From Azolla caroliniana (taxonomy: Eukaryota > Plantae > Polypodiophyta): 64,000 bases of DNA. Position numbers and translations under genes: made by a program. The stretch is taken from NCBI GenBank assembly GCA_043228905.1, contig JBHGNT010000088.1, positions 1 through 64,000 on the forward strand. Direction: 5' to 3'. The notes beneath the pieces were generated by a model, which had not been told where the DNA came from, did no database searches, and worked only from the letters and a program-made list of their open reading frames with translations. This document shows, piece by piece, positions 12,356 to 24,236 of this stretch. Positions within the stretch are counted from its first letter, which is position 1. Every line of letters begins with the position of its first letter.

Positions 12356-12540
12356 TCAGATCATTTGACTCATGAATTTTGAATCTGCTCCCTCTATGCA
12401 ATCCGCGCTGCTTTTTCCATTCGAATATTCAGTAATTGAGACCGTTCCAATGCTCCTTTTCGCCATGCATGAACCGAACCGACTATTAGTATAAGTATGA
12501 AGATTATTGCTTCAATGAAGGCGAATAGGCCCGATTCCCT
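12356..12540 (-). pseudogene. ndhC: Nuclear plastid DNA insert (NUPT): ndhC 3' end overlapping ndhK 5' end, unedited state
   Basis: Minus-strand [34 protein letters not shown] versus conserved NdhC end [27 protein letters not shown]; overlapping frame (M)V(L)ITEYS resembles the NdhK N-terminus. Confidence 0.9.
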
Positions 12541-12603
12541 ATGTAAAGGGCACATTTGTCCTATAAAACTAAAATACACGCCTCTGTACATTTAGTAGAG
12601 AGG

Positions 12604-12889
12604 TGTCATGATATGGCAAGAGTCGAACCCATAACCTTATGTTACATGGGTCGAGCTCTTACCCATTAGACTATATGTTGTAATACAAAAAATATTATTT
12701 CATTGTATTTAGCTTTTACTATAGAAAATTGATTTCTCTAGAGCATTCTAGAAACTTCAGGAGTACACCTGAGAACACTATAAAAGGAGGCACAATGCAT
12801 TATTTCGAACCAAATCGGTTCAACGCCAGTCTTAAGCCTCCTAGCTACTATTGTATATTCCCTTAACATAATATATATCTTTTGTTATT

Positions 12890-12940
<51 letters not shown>

Positions 12941-13106
12941 CCTCTCTCTCTCTCTCTCTCTCAATCTCTCTCTCTCACTCACTCTCTCCTTCTCTCGAGA
13001 GTTCTACACCTCCCTTAGTACTAATCCTCATCTTTTAGTACTAATTCCTTCTTTGTTTTAGTATTGTTCCTGACAGTACTTCTCTGTCTTAGTACTGCTC
13101 CTGACA
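12604..13106 (+). repeat. 5' LTR of chromovirus copy 2, with a duplicated terminal segment (TGACA at 13075 and 13106)
   Basis: TGTCATGATATGGC start as at 3214; TATAAAA at 12779; (CT)n tract; ends CCTGACA. Confidence 0.9.
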
Positions 13107-13108
13107 GT

Positions 13109-13120
13109 TTGAACCGATTT
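13109..13120 (+). promoter_or_regulatory. Putative self-priming primer-binding site (TTGAACCGATTT)
   Basis: 2 nt after the LTR end; exact reverse complement of 12812-12823 (AAATCGGTTCAA); no TGG or tRNA-type PBS. Confidence 0.8.
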
Positions 13121-14328
13121 TTCTCTCCTTCTCTTCCTTTATCTTCTTACTTTTCCCTCCCTTCATACTAATCTCTTATTCATCGTTTCTCTCATACTAT
13201 GGCCACTGTTAGCGCTCAAGAATATCAATCCATTTTCTCAGAACTGCAATGTTTGAAAGAGAAGTTCCTTGCTTTGGAACAAGAAAATCAATGGTTGTTG
13301 GGGGATCTTCAACAAATCTCCTTAGAAAAGCAGCAAACGCAACAACAACATGGGGAACTAGTGGTACGCATGCAACAACTCAAAGCAACCTTAGTAGCGA
13401 TGCAACAACAAGGACCCAATACGCAAGGGATTCATAAAGAACCCAAGATCGGCCTTCCCATGATATTTGATGGAACGCGATCGCAGTTTAGAGGATTCCT
13501 TAATCAGGTACAATTAGTCATTCAAATGTATCCTTCTCGATATCCCACCGATGCATCACGAGTGCGACTAGTAGGCACTCTACTTAGTGGCACGGCTTTG
13601 GCATAGTTCGCCCCCCTGTTAGAAAAAAACTCTCCCTTGTTAAATAATTTTGAAGATTTTATTACCAAGTTTAAAGCTTGTTTTGGAGATACCGACATTG
13701 TTAGAACAACAATCAACAAAATCCAAAGATTGCGTCAAGGTGAGCGGCCGGCCTCGGCTTATGCCGTGGATTTCCATCTTCTCGCCACTGATATTCCCTG
13801 GGATGACCAAGCACTAATGGAGAAATTTCATTTTGGCCTACGTAATGATGTTAAAGATTTACTCTTAACTTTCCCCGAGGAGCCAAAGTCATTGACAGAA
13901 GCAATCAGTCGTGCAGTGCGATGCAATAATCACCTTATTGAACGACGTTCGGAACGTCAATGCCAAATGCCACGAACAAGATCGGAGCCCACCTACACTT
14001 CAATCGTAGCAAAGCCTTTCCCAAGGGAGTCATTCAATACGTCTCCAACAAATACTCCGACACCAATGGAAATCGACACCACACGTCGTCGCGGACCACT
14101 ATTAGAAGAAGAAAAGCAGCGACGCAAGGCAAATCGATTATGTCTTTATTGCGGTGGACCGGGGCAAATTGCAGTGAACTGCCCCCATCGGCCGAAAAGG
14201 CAAGTAAATCAAATAACCGCTAATACTAATAGTACTAAACCCGAGTCTATTCCTCTAAGTGTGTCTGATAGTCCTAATAGCCCAAGCCTTTCAAACAAAT
14301 TTGAAATCCTTAGTCAACTAGAAGAAGA

Positions 14329-14380
14329 GTTAAACGATTAAGTCCAACCAAAATAGGAGTCGTTTGGTTGGACAGCCCTA
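14329..14380 (+). promoter_or_regulatory. Putative -1 programmed ribosomal frameshift signal at the gag/pol junction
   Basis: G_TTA_AAC in gag phase, 6-nt spacer, perfect 11-bp stem 14342-14352/14363-14373; pol is open in the -1 frame across the site. Confidence 0.8.
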
Positions 14381-16734
14381 GATCTGTGCAACCCATTAGT
14401 GGTTCCATTTCCTTTAAGCAAGTTAGCAATGTGTTCTTAGCTCAAGTAATGGTTAGTACTAAAAGTACTCCTCCAGTACATGTTTTAGCACTCTTCGATT
14501 CCGGAGCCAACTCTTGCTTGATGGATAGGAATTTTGCCCAAGCTCATCAGATATCCCTAAAGAAACTCCCATGTCCAACCTCTATAGTAGTCATTGATGG
14601 TCGTCCCATTGCTTCCGAGAATATTATAGAAGAGTCAGAACCCGTTAATATTGTCCTAGATAACTTAGCGTGTGTAGTATCATTTAATATAATTAGTATC
14701 CCACAACATCCCATTGTTTTGGGATTACCATGGTTCGAATTACATAACCCAACCACAGATTGGAGAACAAGAGAAATACGGTGTCAACAAACCCGAGGAT
14801 CTACTCATAAGATTGCAACCATTTCGCTACATCAGTTGCGGGAGGAAGGATGCAAGGAAGAAATGTTTCTCTTCGCAATATCAGTAAGCCCCTCCAGTAT
14901 CAATAATGCGGAGTTCACCATTCAACTTCCAAAGAAGTATCGTCATTATGCTGATGTGTTCGATAAAGTACAAGCTAATACACTTCCTCACCATCGACCG
15001 TATGATTACCCCATCAATTTACAACCTGGAAAAGAGCCACCATGGGGACCGATCTAAAATTTGTCACCAACCGAGCTAGAAGTCCTTCAAGCCTATATAG
15101 AGGAGAATTTGGCAAATGGTTTCATTCGACATTCGAAATCTCCTGCCGGCGCACCCATTTTCTTCGTCAAGAAAAAGGATGGATCACTTTGTCTCGTCGT
15201 AGATTACCGTGGGTTGAATAAAGTCACCATCAGGAATAGGTATGCACTTCCTCTTATCTCAAGTCTTTTAGAACGGATCAATGGTGCAAGTTTCTTCACA
15301 AAGATCGACTTACGAGGAGCGTATAACCTCGTACGGATCCGACCAGGAGATGAATGGAAGACTGTGTTTCGCACCAGATATGGGCATTTCGAGTATACGG
15401 TCATGCCATTCGGCCTCACTAATGCGCCAGCAATCTTCCAGCACATGGAAAATGATATATTCCAAGATCTCTTAGATGATTTTTTTATCATCTATTTGGA
15501 TGATCCGTTGCGGAAATCAACTATGAAATTCATGATAAGGAGCTATTAGCAATAGTGGACTCTTTCACGCAATGGAGGCATTTTCTAGAGTGGTCTTCTC
15601 ATCAAGTCATCGTATTCAGTGATCACAAAAACCTTGCCTACTTTCAGAATGCTCGTGTGTTAAATTGACGTCAAGCCCGGTGGGCCCAATTCCACACTCG
15701 TTTCGACTTCAAAATTACATATCATCCGGGGAAGCAACAAGGGAAGGCAGATGCATTATCACGGCGTTCGTATCTAGCACCGCGTCCCGGAGCCAGCTTT
15801 CGATAACCAAAAGCAAGTAATCTTGGGACTGACACGACTACAAGCAACGCAAGTCTTCGGAATGCTCTTGGATTCCCACGTTATCGATACCATACGTGAG
15901 GACTTGAAGACAGATGTTTTCACTCAAGACATTCTAGCACAAATTGATCCCTCTCGAGCATCTTGTTCACAGTCGCAACAACCAGGTACGGACTATCGAC
16001 AATTCGAATGTCATGATGGATTACTATTCTTTAAGAAACTCTTGTATATTCCTAATGGTACTTGTCACCTTCAAGTAGTCCAAAACTGTCATGACACATA
16101 TATAGTCGGGCATTTTGGTAGTACTAAAACACTAGATTTAGTACAACGATCCTTCTGGTGGCCCTATATGCGACAATTTTTCGAAGATTTTGTTCAGACT
16201 TGTGATATATGTTATAGAGCAAAAATGCCAAGGCATCATCCATATGGTTTATTAGAACCATTACCAATTCCAAGCAAGCCATGGCAATCCATTGCCCTAG
16301 ATTTCATCACAGATCTTCCGGTCTCTAAGGGATTCGATACGATCTTAACAGTAGTAGATCAATATACAAAGATGGCCCATTTCCTACCATGTACTAAGGA
16401 AATCTCCAGTGAACAAACCGCTGAAATTGTCATGCGTGTATGTCGGCATCATGGCCTTCCCGATATTATCATCAGCGACCATGGACCCCAGTTCGTCTCG
16501 AAGTTCTAGAAGCACCTCTTTAAAAAGCTTAAGATCACCCGTAACCTCTCCTTCGGCTACCACCCGCAAACAGACGGTCAAGCAAAACGAACAAATCAAA
16601 CGCTAGAGTAGTATCTTCGGTGCTTTTTAAGCTATCATCAAGATGACTGAGCGGCTATTCTCCACTTCGCCGAATTTGCGTATAATAACTATGTCCACTC
16701 ATCGACAAAGTGACACCATTTTATGCTTACATGG

Positions 16735-19700
16735 TGTCGCGTTGTTACGCACGTGCGTGGAGAAAGGCGGAACCACGGGGGTCTTGGACTAGGGAGTGAC
16801 GGAGCGTAGGAAGCCGTGCTTCACCGTTTCCGAGGAATCCCAGAAGCACACCGGAAGCAACCGAAAGGGGAGAGAGAGCACGCTTAACACCGACTCACTC
16901 ACACACACTCACACACACACACATGCTGACCCGCCTCACGCCCTTATGTACCGGAAACGCAGGAAAGGGGAAACACCCGACACCAACATAGACGCGAATA
17001 TACACAGACAGACGCAAACGTATATATATATATAAAAGAAGAATACATTCCCGGCTTCGAGCCGGACCAAGATAGCTTACAACAGTCGTCTGCTGTCAAG
17101 CCGCCGTCGGAGAGCTCTCGGGCCCGTCGCGCCGAGCGGGGTCTTGCACAGGAGATGAGCTATAGCAAACCCTAAGCGAACACGAAGGGGGAGAAGAAGA
17201 AGAAACTAACTCTAAACCTAACGGTGTACCCTCTAATGCAAAATGGGCAACCCTTTCACAAAGGGTGTTCCCTTCCTTTTATAGAACAAGGACAGGGATG
17301 CGTTACAATGTGGGATAAACCCCGACTTACATGGGACCGTCTGTCCCGACTTGACTACTCTTCGGCGCCATAAAGGCGCCCTCGTTATTCACACTAAATG
17401 TACATGGGTGCGTACACACGCTGCACCCCGCCGATGTAGCCAATGTTTCCCGGTTTCCGCCTCTGGCCGAAATTCTTCACGACATCCGCCCCCACCTAAC
17501 CGCACATCCACCGGTATGTGCCAAGTCCGGTTGAAGGGTGAGAGATTTCGGCCGGTGAGAAACTGGTCTTCCGTGATCCGCATCCCGGCTCGCTGCCGGT
17601 TTGATCTGTCGGCTTCGATTCTTCCTTCGCGCTTACCTCCCCGTAGGCTCGTTCGACCCGTCGATGGGTCCTCTGCCGCGATCTCCGTAGTATGCGTACT
17701 TCCGCTGGCCCTTGTTCGGCCGTATGAACACCCCGCTCCCGTCGTATGCCCTTGTCCTCTCGCCGCCACCTTCCTTCTCCATGGTCTTACATCGTCGCGT
17801 CGGCTCGAACCGCCATGGTCTCCGGAACGGTGTGGAGGATCCCTTTCGGTCTTCTCTGTGCTCGCCTTCCCGCTCCGGCACCTCCGTGTGCCACATACCC
17901 TCGTCCGTTGTTTGGCATTGCCTATATCGTACTCCGGTTCATTGCACGCCTTGTCGGCCCCTTTTCAGGCCAGATCGTGCATCGCCGCTCCCCGCATACT
18001 GGTGTCCTTTGCATCCGAGGAACACCCCGTAGTAGCCCGCATGGCCCTTCCCGTCTTCATGCTGCTGCAAAAGGTCCTGAGTCTTCCGTTTGTCGTCGTC
18101 CCCTTGCCCCCACCAGCTTGTCATCCCGGCTTGCCGTGTCAGTCTTCGCTACTTCGACGGAGGTACCGAGATCTACGAAGCGAGTGTGGAGGATCCTCCT
18201 CCGGTCTCTCTTACCATCCCCTGACCCTGACCCTGTGCAGTCCACTAGGCACTTGTCACCTCGTTCCCAGCACCTCCCTTGTGCCGTCTTCCGCTTCCTT
18301 CGTTCGGCCCCGGCCGCGCCGAACACCGTCCCGTAGTCACGCTTCGATCCGGCCCGCGATGGCCACTTGCGAGACTCTTGTTCTGTCCCAGGTGTGCCTT
18401 TCCAGCCTGACACACCTCCCCGTGTTTACCCCTACCGGCTCCTTCTGAAACCTCGTGTCGTCAGGTCCCGTTCCCTGCCGCCACCGTCCTTCTCCATCGG
18501 TCTTATGTTGCCGCGTTGGCCGATCAGCCGGGGTCTCCGGATCGGTGTGAGGGTCCCATAGGACCGAACTCAGTTTCTATGCTTGCCGTAATTCGGGTGT
18601 CTTTTGTTTGAGTCCCTCCCGGACTCTCCTCGTGTCTTCCGCGTAGTCGGGTTCTGTTTCCCGCCGCCACAAACCTTCTCTCTCGGTCTCATGTTGCCAC
18701 GTTGGCCGAACTGCCGGAGTCTCTGGTTAAGTGTGGGGATCCGGTAGGACCGGACTTCCTTACGCCCTTGGCTTCGTCACCTCGCCGCCACCGTCAGTAT
18801 CTCGGTCTTACGTCGACCGCGTTGCCGACTTCCGAAGTCTCTAGAACCAGTCTGAAGGATCCTCCGTAGACCGCCCATCCGTAGCCCCTTTGCCTTCGTC
18901 ACCTTGCCGCCACCGTCAGTATCTTGGTCTTACGTCGACCGCGTTGCCGACTGCCGAAGTCTCTAGAACTAGTGTGAAGGATCCTCCTAGGCCTCCGATT
19001 TGTATTCCCGACCCTGTCCCGGGTCGTCCTTTCCCGCATGCCGAGAGGGCGTTTTGTTCCGCACCCTCTCTTGTGGTACCGACGTACCGTGTCCTCGGCC
19101 TCTTCGTAGGCCAGCTCTCTTCCTCCCTCCCGGAATGGTCATCCGGGAGTCCGCTCCGCCCAGTTCTCGCTCGGGTTTGTTCGTCATTCTCCGGATTGCC
19201 GAGTCCCATTCTCCTGTCGCCACCGATCTCTCTTATAGGACTCACGCCGGCACTCGGGCCGGCAGCCGGATCGGTGTAAGGAACTCCATAGGACCGGCTT
19301 TCATTCTCCTTCCAACTCTCGACCTTCGCCCGGTCGGTCTTTCTCCCCATGTAAAAGAGGGTGGCTCGTCCCGCACCCCCTTCCGTATCGGTACTTTCAC
19401 GCCGAATCTGGCCCCGATCGAACGATCCACGACCGGATCACGCTCCACGCGTATCGGAATGCCGATCTCCTCGTGCCGCATCCGTCCTCGGCCTCCTCAC
19501 AGGCCGTTTCCCATCCATCTTCGCTGGCATCGTGCCAGGACTCCTCGGTACCGCCATCCATCTCCTCGGTCTTACATGGGCATACGGGCCCGAATGCCAA
19601 GTTCTCCGGAATCGGGTCCATGGGCTTTCGTCCGTTCCTTCCCCGTATCGTCTCGCCGGTGATTTTTGGCCTTTCGCCGCCGCCTTCCTCCGCTTGGGAC

Positions 19701-21629
19701 TCACGTGGGCACTCGGGCCCGACTGCCATCGTCTTGGGAGCAAATGTGGGAAGACACAAAGAATCGCCCGTCCGTTTTACGCCCTTGTCCGTAGCCACCG
19801 ACTCTTCGTGGTCGGCGGTCGTCTTCTTACCGATCACGCAAGCCTCGTCTTGGCTCGCTTCTCCAACGACCGGGGTCTCGGGCTGACACGCCCGAAACCG
19901 CTGGTCCCAACGTTCCGGTTCCGCGATCTGTATCTCGGCCTCGTCCTTGGCCGTTCTATCTCCGCAAGTCGAGAGGGTGTTTCGTTCCGCACCCTCTCCC
20001 GTGGTACCGTCGTACCGATCTTCTGCCGTCGCATGGCGCAAGTCCGTCTTCTCAGTCTCGGCTTGCGGCCTCCGTCTTTCCTCTTCCTCGAGCATCGCCT
20101 CGAGAGCTGCGTACGCCTCCGCAAGCCTGGCCCCAACGCCGACCCTTGCCGACTCTCTTTGCCGTTCGGCCTCTTCCCGCTTTGATGGCACGCCATCGCG
20201 TACCTTCCTCTTATCCTTCTCGGCTCACTCGTTGTCTAGCCGTTGGCACTCCCTTCCGACCTTCGACCAATCCTCCGTAAGCCCATTCGCTCCATCATCG
20301 TCTTCGAGCTCAATCCCAATGGCCTCCCGTTCCGCTCGGTCGATCGACCTGACGAACAATAGGACCTTGTCCGCCCCCACCAAACCTTGTTCCCGCTCCG
20401 GGAGCCGAGCAAGTTGCCGGTTGAACTCTCGAAACGCCTTGGCAGCGCCCCGGTGGGTCTTTGCCGATGCTACCCACTGGTCGAAGTCGTGTCGTCCCCG
20501 GCTCTTCCGCCGTCCTCCGTATGCCTTCAGGAGCGCCTCTTCGAAGGCCTCCCACGAACTATGAGCCTCACAGAGCTCCTTCATTTCCGCATGCATCCAG
20601 ACAGCCACGACCCAGCAGAAGAACTCCAGCCTCAACGCCTCATCTACGCCACGCTCCTCCATTTCCGCGTTGTAGGCTTCCAAGTAAGATGGGACTCTGT
20701 CCCTGCTAAAACGGTCGACTCTTTCGACCACTCACTCCACCGCTTGTTGCGCTGCTTCTCGCCTCATCACCACTCGTGCCGACTCCAACACCACTTCGGC
20801 CACCATCTCCGCAAGGTCGTCGTCTTCCGACTCCATCCTCCCTTGCCGCCTTTCACGTCGGGTTCACCAAATATGTCGCGTTGTTACGCGCGTGCGTGGA
20901 GAAAGGCGGGACCATGGGGGTCTTGGACTAGGGAGTGACGGAGCGTAGGAAGCCGTGCTTCACCGTTTCCGGGGCATCCCAGAAGCACACCGGAAGCAAC
21001 CGAAGGGAGAGAGAGAGCGCGCTTAACACCGACTCACTCACTCACACACACACACACACACACACACATGCTGACCCGCCTCACGCCCTTATGTACAGGA
21101 AACGCAAGAAAGGGGAAACACCCGACACCAACATAGACGCGAATATACACAGACAGACGCAAACGTATATATATATATAAAAGAAGAATACATTCCCGGC
21201 TTCGAGCCGGACCAAGATAGCTTACAACAGTCGTCTGCTGTCAAGCCGCCGTCGGGGAGCTATCGGGCCCGTCGCGCCGAGCGGGGTCTTGCACAGGAGA
21301 TGAGCTGTAGCAAACCCTAAGCGAACACGAAGGGGGAGAAGAAGAAGAAACTAACTCTAAACCTAACGGTATACCCTCTAATGCAAAATGGGCAACCCTT
21401 TCACAAAGGGTGTTCCCTTCCTTTTATAGAACAAGGACAGGGATGCGTTACAATGTGGGATAAACCCCGACTTACATGGGACCGTCTATCCCGACTTGAC
21501 TACTCTTCGGCGCCATAAAGGCGCCCTCGTTATTCACACTAAATGTACATGGGTGCGTACACACGCTGCACCCCGCCGATGTAGCCAATGTTTCCCGGTT
21601 TCCGCCTCTGGCCGAAATTCTTCACGACA
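16735..21629 (-). mobile_element. Complete non-autonomous (gag-only, pol-less) gypsy-type LTR element, 4895 bp, nested in the integrase of chromovirus copy 2
   Basis: LTRs 16735-17484 and 20874-21629 (~98% identical by eye, TGTCG..CGACA); PBS at 20852-20869; G-rich PPT just inside 17485; gag-like frames from ATG 20836 and ORF 20225-20731; TSD atgg/acgg; no RT or integrase motifs seen. Confidence 0.93.
20852..20869 (-). promoter_or_regulatory. Primer-binding site complementary to the tRNA-Trp 3' end
   Basis: Plus strand reads TTCACGTCGGGTTCACCA, matching the 3' 18 nt of plant cytosolic tRNA-Trp(CCA) as I recall it; 4 nt from the 5' LTR. Confidence 0.85.
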
Positions 21630-22016
21630 ACGGGCTATCACCCCCGGTGGTGTGTATTTGAAACCCCATAGTTACCTACAAATCCTTGTGCAGAGGATCG
21701 TTTGGAGCAGCTACGTAAGATACAAGCGGATTTATCTACTCATCTACATCAAGCTCAACACACAAGGTTTATGCAGATCGTCATTGGTTTCCATCCAATT
21801 TTGACATTGGAGATCGGGTGTGGCTACTACAACGACACATCAAGACTACTCGCCCATGCGAGAAGTTGGATTACCGGCGATTAGGTCCTTTCCGTATTAT
21901 CGGAAAAATTAATGATGTCACTTTTCGTCTCAATCTACCTCCACAACTTCGGATACATCCGGTGTTTCATGGTTCTCTCCTCGAACCCTATCAAGACCGC
22001 ACTATCCCAGGTCTAG

Positions 22017-22662
22017 ATGTGCATTTTTGTTGCTTCCCTAAGGATTGCCTCTTGTGTTGAATGGGCTCTTCGACCTCATAACAATGAAATTGTGTTGCTT
22101 CTTCACATTAAACACATGAGCTTGTTGATATTTATGTTTATCCTACTATCCCCCATAGTGTCCACACATTGAGACTTGTCATGCCTACTTATTCTATAAG
22201 CAAAAAATGAACCCATTCAAATGAAAACTTATGCATGAAAATTGGCAAAATTATGCAATCCTTGTCTCAAGCCTTTGTCATATTGTGCAAAGGTGTATTT
22301 TGGTGTTTCTTTCAAAAGATTTACCATTGTAGGTGTGCTCTCTCCATCCTTCGAGGCTAATATTTGTTGCCAAATTCAATTGTCACATGTAAGATAAGGA
22401 TATGATTGTTTTTAGTAGATAATAATATGGGAGCTTTTAGCCCCCAAACTGCCATAAATATTGACCTAGATCCACATAGATCAATAAGAGTGATAGGGTG
22501 AACTTGGTTTTACGATTTCTCAAAAGAAACAAATTCTTGCATAGATCATGATTGGCTTAGGCTTAAATTTTTTTATTTAGAAAGAATCAAAAAAATTTAT
22601 ATTGGAGAGCCTCTACTTAGGTGATTTGGTGTTTATTTAGAATACAATGATTGTGTTGTTAC
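22017..22662 (+). repeat. Duplicated copy of the AVT1 upstream region (35620-36140)
   Basis: 22017-22390 aligns with 35620-35990 and 22620-22662 aligns with 36095-36139. Confidence 0.88.
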
Positions 22663-24236
22663 CTATCTTAGCACATGTCGACCCAATAAAACTTTTCATC
22701 CTTGAACCCGATGCATCCGATTTTGCACTAGGAAGTGTCCTATCGCAGATTGGAGATGATGGACAGCTACACCTTGTCGCCTTTCATTCCCGAAAGTTTG
22801 AAACTGCAGAGATCAACTACGAGATCCATGACAAAGAACTTCTTGCAATTGTGGATTCTTTTCAACAATGGCGACATTTTCTAGAATGTTCTTCTCATCA
22901 TATCATTGTTTGCAACGATCATAAGAACCTGACATATTTTCAAAATGCTCGAGTCTTGAGTTGGCGACAAGCCTGGTGGGCGCAATTTTTGACTCACTTC
23001 GACTTTGTCATCATATATCGCCTTGGGATGCAGCAAGGCAAAGCAGATGCTCTTTCTTGGCACTCTTATATGGAACTTCGTCCAGGGAAACCTGCATTCG
23101 AGCATCAAAAACAAATTCTTTTGGGTCCTAATCACCTACAATTAAGGGTGGTTAATGCCATAACAACGCTTGAATATTCCACTCTTCTTGATTCCATTCG
23201 AGATCATATGTCCACTGATGAATTCGCCAAGGATGTTTTGGATCATATCGTCCCGGATCGTGCTTCTTGCTCACAGTCGAAAGACTCTCGTAATGACTAT
23301 CATCAGTTCTATTGGCATGGTGGTTTTCTGTTTCAGCAAAACCTATTGTATGTTCCTGATGGTCCCCCACGACAACAAGTTTTACAACAATGCCATGACT
23401 CACCAATGGCTGGTCATTTTGGAGTTCGCAAAACTCTAGAATTAATTTCTCGACACTATTGGTGGCCCCACCTTCGTCATTTTGTTGAGGAGTATGTTCC
23501 CAACTGTGATATATGTTGTCGATCAAAGAGTCCTCAACCACTTCCCAATCCTATGGCTTACTACAACCACTTCCCAATCCGGAAAATCCTTGGAAGTCTA
23601 TATCCTTGGATTTCATTACTAATCTCGCAGTTTCAAAAGGTTTTGATGCAATTCTCACCGTGGTGGATCGACTTACTAAAATGGCACACTTCTTGCCATA
23701 TACGAAGTCTATTACTAGTCAAGAGGTGGTCGATCTCGTTATGCGAGAGGTATTTAGGCATCATGGTCTGTCGGATGATATTGTTAGTGATCGTGGTCCA
23801 CAATTCATCTTAAAGTTTTGGAAGCACATGTTCAGACTTCTCCACATTTCGGTTAAGCTTTCTTCGGGCTATCATCCCGAGACTAATGGCCAAACTGAGC
23901 GTACCAACCAAACTTTGGAGCAATATCTTTGTGTTTCATCAACTATCAACAAGATGATTGGGTTGATTTTTTGCACTTGGCTGAATTTGCTTACAACAAC
24001 TCAGCCCATTCTTCTACAGGATATTCCCCATTTTTCGCAAATACAAGTTGTCATCCTCGGTGGACGATGAATGCGTATCCACACGTTCCTACCAACCCTG
24101 CTACTGAGGATTGTCTTAGTCGCCTCCAAAAAATTCACGCTACCATTCTCCACAATTTGCATGATGCTCAAGTTACACACAAGAGGCTTGCAAATCGTCA
24201 TCGCCTAGACTCCTCAAAAAAGTTCCGCGTTGGTCA

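Larger units (their letters stand above)
12604..22010 (+). mobile_element. Ty3/gypsy chromovirus copy 2: 5' LTR, gag, protease, RT (deleted after YLDD), RNase H, integrase; interrupted at 16735-21629 and 3'-truncated
   Basis: gag 13199-14341 with an internal TAG at 13604 and knuckle CLYCGGPGQIAVNC; protease LFDSGA; RT 15061-15504; integrase resumes at 21630 (TGYHPRW, RRLGPFRII, HPVFH); same family as copy 1. Confidence 0.95.

Noticed and set aside
3214-13106. LTRs at 3214 and 12604 as the two ends of one element
   Set aside because: The first follows a PPT and the second precedes a PBS and gag; they are clearly diverged and belong to separate copies
20852-20869. tRNA-Trp gene
   Set aside because: Only the 3' 18 nt including CCA are present, next to an LTR; this is a PBS
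17351-20938. Long plus-strand ORFs (365, 274, 220 and 205 aa) as novel genes
   Set aside because: Overlapping low-complexity frames in GC-rich DNA antisense to the LTR element; no recognisable domain
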